Shown: positions 7,287 through 10,246 of the stretch, in pieces | Layout of the letters: every line of letters starts with the position of its first letter | Position numbering within the stretch: position 1 is the first letter of the stretch | Source: Myxococcales bacterium | Lineage (GTDB): Bacteria > Myxococcota_A > Polyangia > Nannocystales > Nannocystaceae | Direction: 5' to 3' | Assembly: GCA_020431135.1 (NCBI GenBank) | Contig: JAGQIT010000787.1 | Coordinates: forward strand, 1 to 10,246 | DNA length: 10,246 nt | Notes under the pieces: model-generated | Told to the model about the DNA's origin: nothing | Database searches by the model: none | The model's input: only the letters and a program-made list of their open reading frames with translations | Made by a program: the position numbers and the translations under genes

Positions 7287-8918
7287 ATGCGCCGCCTCAT
7301 CCTCGCCGCCCTCCCCCTCACCGCCGGCCTCGCCCTCGCCCTGCCCCCGCAGCGAGCCGACGCCTGCCAGTACGCCAACTGCCAGTCCGAGGGCGCGGTC
7401 ACCAAGCCCGCGGACTTCGCGTTTAGCCTGCCCTTTAAGTCAGGTGAGAAGGTGCAGGTGCTCTCGGGCTACGGGCCGACCAACGGATCGAGCCTCCACT
7501 GCCGCGCCCAGGACAGCTCGTGCGCCAACGACTGGCACGCCCTCGACCTCGTCCTCCCGGATCACGCGAACTGGGGCAAGGGTCAGCCGGTGGTCGCGGC
7601 CGCCAGCGGCAAGGTGATCGCCGCCGGCTGGGGCACCTCGGGCTGGGCCGCCTACGGCCGCCGCGTCTACATCGAGCACGACTACAAGGGCGACGGTCAC
7701 AAGTACATCTCGATGTACGCCCACCTCAATTCGGTGAGCGTCAGCGTCGGCCAGCAGGTGGCGATGGGCGAGACGATCGGCGCGCTCGGCGGCTCGTGCA
7801 ACGAGGCCGACAGCTGCGCCAACTTCTCGACGCCGCACCTCCACTTCGCGCTCCACCGCGACTCGAACTTCGGCGGCTCGGGGAGCGGCGGCTCCTACGG
7901 CGGGCGGGCGACGAAGCCCGAGCCGATCGACGGCTACACCGACCTCACGCAGGGCGATCAGCTCATCTCCAAGAACGGCGACGAGGAGCCGCCGCCGCCG
8001 ATGGAGTGCCTGCCGATCCCGCCCGAGGGCGCGACCCTCGAGGACGACGGCCCGTGCATCACGCTCGGCGGCAAGCCCGAGAACTACGGCGAGATCGACG
8101 GCAACGGCGGCCACGCCTTCCACACCGCCCTCGACACCCCGTCGCCCGACTACGCAGAGGGCGGCATCTGGATCCTGACCTTTGAGCAAGCCGGCACCTA
8201 CGAGCTCGAGGTCTTCATCCCGAGCGGCCTGCCGAACCCGGCGGCGCAGGCGACCTACAAGATCGCCTACAGCGGCCAGGCGACGAAGGAGTTCGTCGAC
8301 CACGCGTCGGCGCTCGGCACCTGGGCGTCCCTCGGGGTCTACGACTTCGCCCTCGGCGACGGCCAGTGGGTGCGCCTCGGCGACAACTACGAGCTCGCCG
8401 GCGACAACGGCAAGCGGATCGCCATCGACGCCCTGCGGGTCACCCCTGCCAACGCCTGCGAGTGCGCCGACGAGGGGGCGATCGACACGCTCCCCTGCGG
8501 CGTCAACGGCGAGCAGACGCGCGTCTGCGACGGCTGCAGCTGGGGGCCGTGGTCGGCCTGCGACGACGCGTCGACCACCGGCGACACGAGCAGCGGCGGC
8601 AGCACCTCGGACGGCGGCACAGATGGCAGCGCGGGCACCGACGGCAGCGCGACCGCCAGCACGGGCGGCAGCGGCAGCGGTACGGGCGGCACCGACGGCT
8701 CCTCCGACGGGGGCACCGACGGCAGCGCCGGCAGCTCCGGCGGCGCCACCTCGCTGGGCTCGGCGTCGGCGACCGCGGGCGCCAGCGGCTTCGACCCGGA
8801 CAACGACGACGCCGGCTGCTCCTGCGTGGCCGCCGAGCGCGGGCCGTCACCGTCCGCGCTCCTCGTTCTCCTCGCCCTCGTAGGTGTCCGCAGACGGCGT
8901 TCAAGCGCCCGGAATTGA
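7287..8918 (+). CDS. Secreted M23-family (LytM/lysostaphin-type) zinc metallopeptidase with a C-terminal beta-rich domain of unknown function, a Cys/Trp module, a Gly/Ser/Thr/Asp low-complexity linker and a MYXO-CTERM-like sorting tail
   Basis: The signal peptide is MRRLILAALPLTAGLALALPPQRADA. I chose ATG at 7287; the track ORF starts at an in-frame TTG at 7275, which would add MTTT. M23 motifs are present: WHALDLV (HxxxD), GKVIAAGW, YISMYAHL and PHLHFALH (HxH). A Cys module follows: ACECADEGAIDTLPCGVNGEQTRVCDGCSWGPWSACDD. Then comes a TDGS-rich linker. The C-terminus DAGCSCVAAERGPSPSALLVLLALVGVRRRRSSARN combines Cys residues, a hydrophobic helix and an Arg cluster, which is the MYXO-CTERM pattern described for Myxococcales. 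Stop TGA at 8916-8918. Confidence 0.85.
   Translation: MRRLILAALPLTAGLALALPPQRADACQYANCQSEGAVTKPADFAFSLPFKSGEKVQVLSGYGPTNGSSLHCRAQDSSCANDWHALDLVLPDHANWGKGQPVVAAASGKVIAAGWGTSGWAAYGRRVYIEHDYKGDGHKYISMYAHLNSVSVSVGQQVAMGETIGALGGSCNEADSCANFSTPHLHFALHRDSNFGGSGSGGSYGGRATKPEPIDGYTDLTQGDQLISKNGDEEPPPPMECLPIPPEGATLEDDGPCITLGGKPENYGEIDGNGGHAFHTALDTPSPDYAEGGIWILTFEQAGTYELEVFIPSGLPNPAAQATYKIAYSGQATKEFVDHASALGTWASLGVYDFALGDGQWVRLGDNYELAGDNGKRIAIDALRVTPANACECADEGAIDTLPCGVNGEQTRVCDGCSWGPWSACDDASTTGDTSSGGSTSDGGTDGSAGTDGSATASTGGSGSGTGGTDGSSDGGTDGSAGSSGGATSLGSASATAGASGFDPDNDDAGCSCVAAERGPSPSALLVLLALVGVRRRRSSARN
8571..8790 (+). repeat. Coding low-complexity region with imperfect gacggcagcgc/ggcggcacc repeats, encoding the T/D/G/S linker (GTDGSAGTDGSATASTGGSGSGTGGTDGSSDGGTDGSAGSSGG)
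   Basis: Seen directly. It lies inside the M23 peptidase CDS. It is not a CRISPR array because the units are short, in-frame and degenerate. Confidence 0.6.
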
Positions 8919-8996
8919 GGACCTCTGCGTCGCCTCTATGCGACACTTTCGGGCACAAAAATTGCCAGGACCTCGACGGCGGTGGGGAGGTAGGAC

Positions 8997-9023
8997 GCGA
9001 TCGAAAATGGGGAGGTCGATCGC
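8997..9023. terminator. Hairpin gcgatcga-aaatggggagg-tcgatcgc (8-bp perfect stem) in the convergent intergenic region between the M23 peptidase and cytochrome genes; possible bidirectional terminator
   Basis: Seen directly; coordinates may be off by 1. There is no U-tract, so the function is inferred only from its position between convergent genes. Confidence 0.2.
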
Positions 9024-9141
9024 TACGCCGTCGAGGCCCTGACTCCTCAAGACTAGCCGGCGCGCGACCCCTTGGCTAGAGCGCAGACCTCGGCCCTCCT
9101 CACCCCGCCAATGGGGGCTGCGAGCCACATGCCTTCGGGGA

Positions 9142-9879
9142 CTAGCACCCGCCCTTGTGGCAGGCTGCGCAGCCGGCGAAGAACTCGCCGAGGATCGCGG
9201 CGCGATGTGCTGGCTCACGAACGGTCGCGCCTGTGCGAGCCAGCTCATGGACGCGTGAGCGCAGCGCGATGACCTCAGCGGGGAGCTCGACGTCCTCCGT
9301 GAGCTTCTTGGCCTCCATCGGCGACTCCTCGAGGGCCTTGGCGCCGACGGTCCAGGCGTCGTCCGAGGGCCCGATGAGACCCTCCCACATGCGCTCGGCG
9401 GCCCATTGATGGCGGAGCATGTGGGCGCCCGTCCCTCCCGTCACCTCGGGCGGCGCGTCGATCTCGATGCGCGGGCCGACGCCGAGATGGCGGTGGCATT
9501 CGCCGCAGATCGTCGCCAGCATCGCCGACTTGGTCGCGGCGACGCCGATGTCCTGCACCGCGACCAGCGCCTGAGCCTCCTGTTGCATCCGAAGAACGTG
9601 GTTTCTCCAGCCCTCCGGATAGTCGATCACCGACATGCCCTCCGCCAGCCAACGCGCGGGCTCGCGGATGTCCTCGAGCTCCCCGGCGATGATCGCGTCC
9701 CGGATCCGCGCCGCCTCCTCGAAGTGGCGCGCCATCGGCGGGTGGGTCTGGACGGGCGCAGGCGTGGCCTCGGCCTCTTGGTCGGCCTTCGCAGGTTCCG
9801 GAGCCTTCGAGCAGGCGGCCGCGAGGAGGAGGGCGAGGACGATCCGGGGCTTCGCGTTCACGGGCAGAGAACGTCCCAC
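9142..9879 (-). CDS. Putative dihaem c-type cytochrome lipoprotein (two CXXCH motifs)
   Basis: The track ORF has a GTG start. The N-terminus MGRSLPVNAKPRIVLALLLAAAC-SKAP resembles a lipoprotein signal with Cys. It carries haem-binding motifs ICGECHRH and, at the extreme C-terminus, AGCAACHKGGC. The rest is mostly helical-looking and is not assignable to a named family from memory. An alternative start is the internal GTG giving MNAKPRIV... Confidence 0.7.
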   Translation of the reverse strand: MGRSLPVNAKPRIVLALLLAAACSKAPEPAKADQEAEATPAPVQTHPPMARHFEEAARIRDAIIAGELEDIREPARWLAEGMSVIDYPEGWRNHVLRMQQEAQALVAVQDIGVAATKSAMLATICGECHRHLGVGPRIEIDAPPEVTGGTGAHMLRHQWAAERMWEGLIGPSDDAWTVGAKALEESPMEAKKLTEDVELPAEVIALRSRVHELARTGATVREPAHRAAILGEFFAGCAACHKGGC

Positions 9880-10081
9880 ATGTCCGCTTCGCGCCCAAAA
9901 GACACGTACGAAATCCTTGCGTCGGCTTGCCGCCGTCTTCGTCTCGGCGCCGCAAGAACTCGCAGCGCGGCCACGGCGGCGCGCTCCGACGAAGCCGCAG
10001 CCGAAGCCGGCGACGGGCTCCTAGCAGCCTGTGGCGAACGTCCCGTGTGGCCTCGCGCGGCAATCATCGGCCCAGATTGCT

Positions 10082-10118
10082 CCGACGAAACGCCGCTGTA
10101 CCGGGCAGGTTTCGTCGG
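10082..10118. other. Perfect 10-bp inverted repeat ccgacgaaac-(17 nt)-gtttcgtcgg, preceded by a second small hairpin gcaatc-(10 nt)-gattgc at about 10062-10083. It lies about 57 nt downstream of the stop of the upstream minus-strand gene and upstream of the cytochrome gene.
   Basis: Seen directly. The stem is AT-richer than the surrounding sequence. A terminator or 5'-UTR structure function is an inference. Confidence 0.3.
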
Positions 10119-10174
10119 GTTGATCTGGTTCGACGAGGGCACGCGAGGGCGCGCGGGACCTCTGCCACAGGCCG

Positions 10175-10246
10175 CTAGCCCTTGAGCAGGCCGATCGGAC
10201 AGCCGACGCCGGTGCCCCCGAGGCCGCAGTAGCCGCCCGGGTTCTT
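10175..10246 (-). CDS. C-terminal 24 codons of an unidentified minus-strand gene (…KNPGGYCGLGGTGVGCPIGLLKG-stop); the rest lies beyond the window end
   Basis: My reverse-complement translation of 10246 to 10175 is open and ends at TAG (plus-strand cta at 10175-10177). GC3 is very high. The product is unknown. The ORF is not in the track because it lacks a start in the window. Confidence 0.4.
   Translation of the reverse strand, partial: KNPGGYCGLGGTGVGCPIGLLKG

Noticed and set aside
6911-7405. N-terminal 165-codon extension of the MVP ORF as given in the six-frame track (MVTAPSDWQLAYWQASARCGGRARARPAVRG…)
   Set aside because: It is Arg/Pro/Gly-rich with no MVP similarity and no ribosome-binding site, and it overlaps the divergent promoter region. 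The in-frame ATG at 6910 has a GGAGGAG Shine-Dalgarno and matches the MVP N-terminus.
8571-8790. Possible CRISPR or tandem-repeat array in the TDGS-rich region
   Set aside because: The repeats are short, degenerate, in-frame codon repeats inside a CDS. There is no repeat-spacer periodicity.
7440-9079. ORFs 7440..8303(-), 7520..8185(+), 8182..8883(+), 8366..9079(+), 8387..8803(-), 8503..8958(-) overlapping the M23 peptidase
   Set aside because: They are antisense or alternative frames of a gene with clear M23 motifs and a signal peptide, and their composition is strongly biased.
9142-9144. Apparent 1-nt inconsistency between my hand count and the track coordinates around 8920-9180 (for example gaag|gaactc at the 9180/9181 line break)
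   Set aside because: The track translations are internally consistent with single-g sequence (…CGGCGAAGAACTCGCC…). I attribute the discrepancy to my own counting at a line break, not to a real frameshift, and I used the track coordinates for the cytochrome CDS.
10118-10135. tRNA-like T-loop sequence GGTTCGACG
   Set aside because: The flanking bases cannot form a T-stem or acceptor stem, and no cloverleaf can be drawn. It overlaps the 3' arm of a simple hairpin instead.
9155-10185. ORFs 9155..9409(+), 9275..10063(-), 9406..10185(+), 9635..10024(+), 9858..10142(-), 9927..10178(+), 8901..9248(-) and 9072..9272(+) around the cytochrome gene and the adjacent intergenic regions
   Set aside because: They are antisense or overlapping to the CXXCH-containing lipoprotein gene or lie in intergenic DNA. 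They are Arg/Pro/Gly-rich and lack ribosome-binding sites.

Overview
This is a high-GC window (roughly 70% GC) with about eight genes. A MYXO-CTERM-type C-terminal sorting tail on one protein suggests a myxobacterial (Myxococcota) origin. In order along the window:

- The 5' part of a minus-strand B12-binding-type radical SAM gene (TIGR03960-like), running off the window start.
- A divergently oriented J-domain chaperone of the CbpA type, with no zinc finger.
- Lipoyl synthase (lipA).
- A secreted protein carrying a dense methionine-rich motif.
- A minus-strand, convergent gene encoding a full-length bacterial homologue of the eukaryotic major vault protein (MVP). It keeps the vault repeats, the shoulder, the cap-helix coiled coil and the cap-ring regions. 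This is the most interesting gene in the window.
- A divergently oriented secreted M23 metallopeptidase with an unknown beta-rich domain, a Cys/Trp module, a Gly/Ser/Thr/Asp linker and a MYXO-CTERM-like tail.
- A convergent lipoprotein with two CXXCH haem-binding motifs.
- The last 24 codons of a further minus-strand gene, running off the window end.

I found no rRNA, tRNA, CRISPR array or mobile element. The long Arg/Ala-rich ORFs in the six-frame track are mostly antisense or out-of-frame artefacts of the GC-rich sequence. The intergenic regions contain several GC-rich palindromes, including a duplicated element between the convergent Met-rich and MVP genes, and a GGACAT direct-repeat array in the MVP/M23 divergent control region. 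My hand-counted coordinates may be off by 1 nt between about 8920 and 9180.
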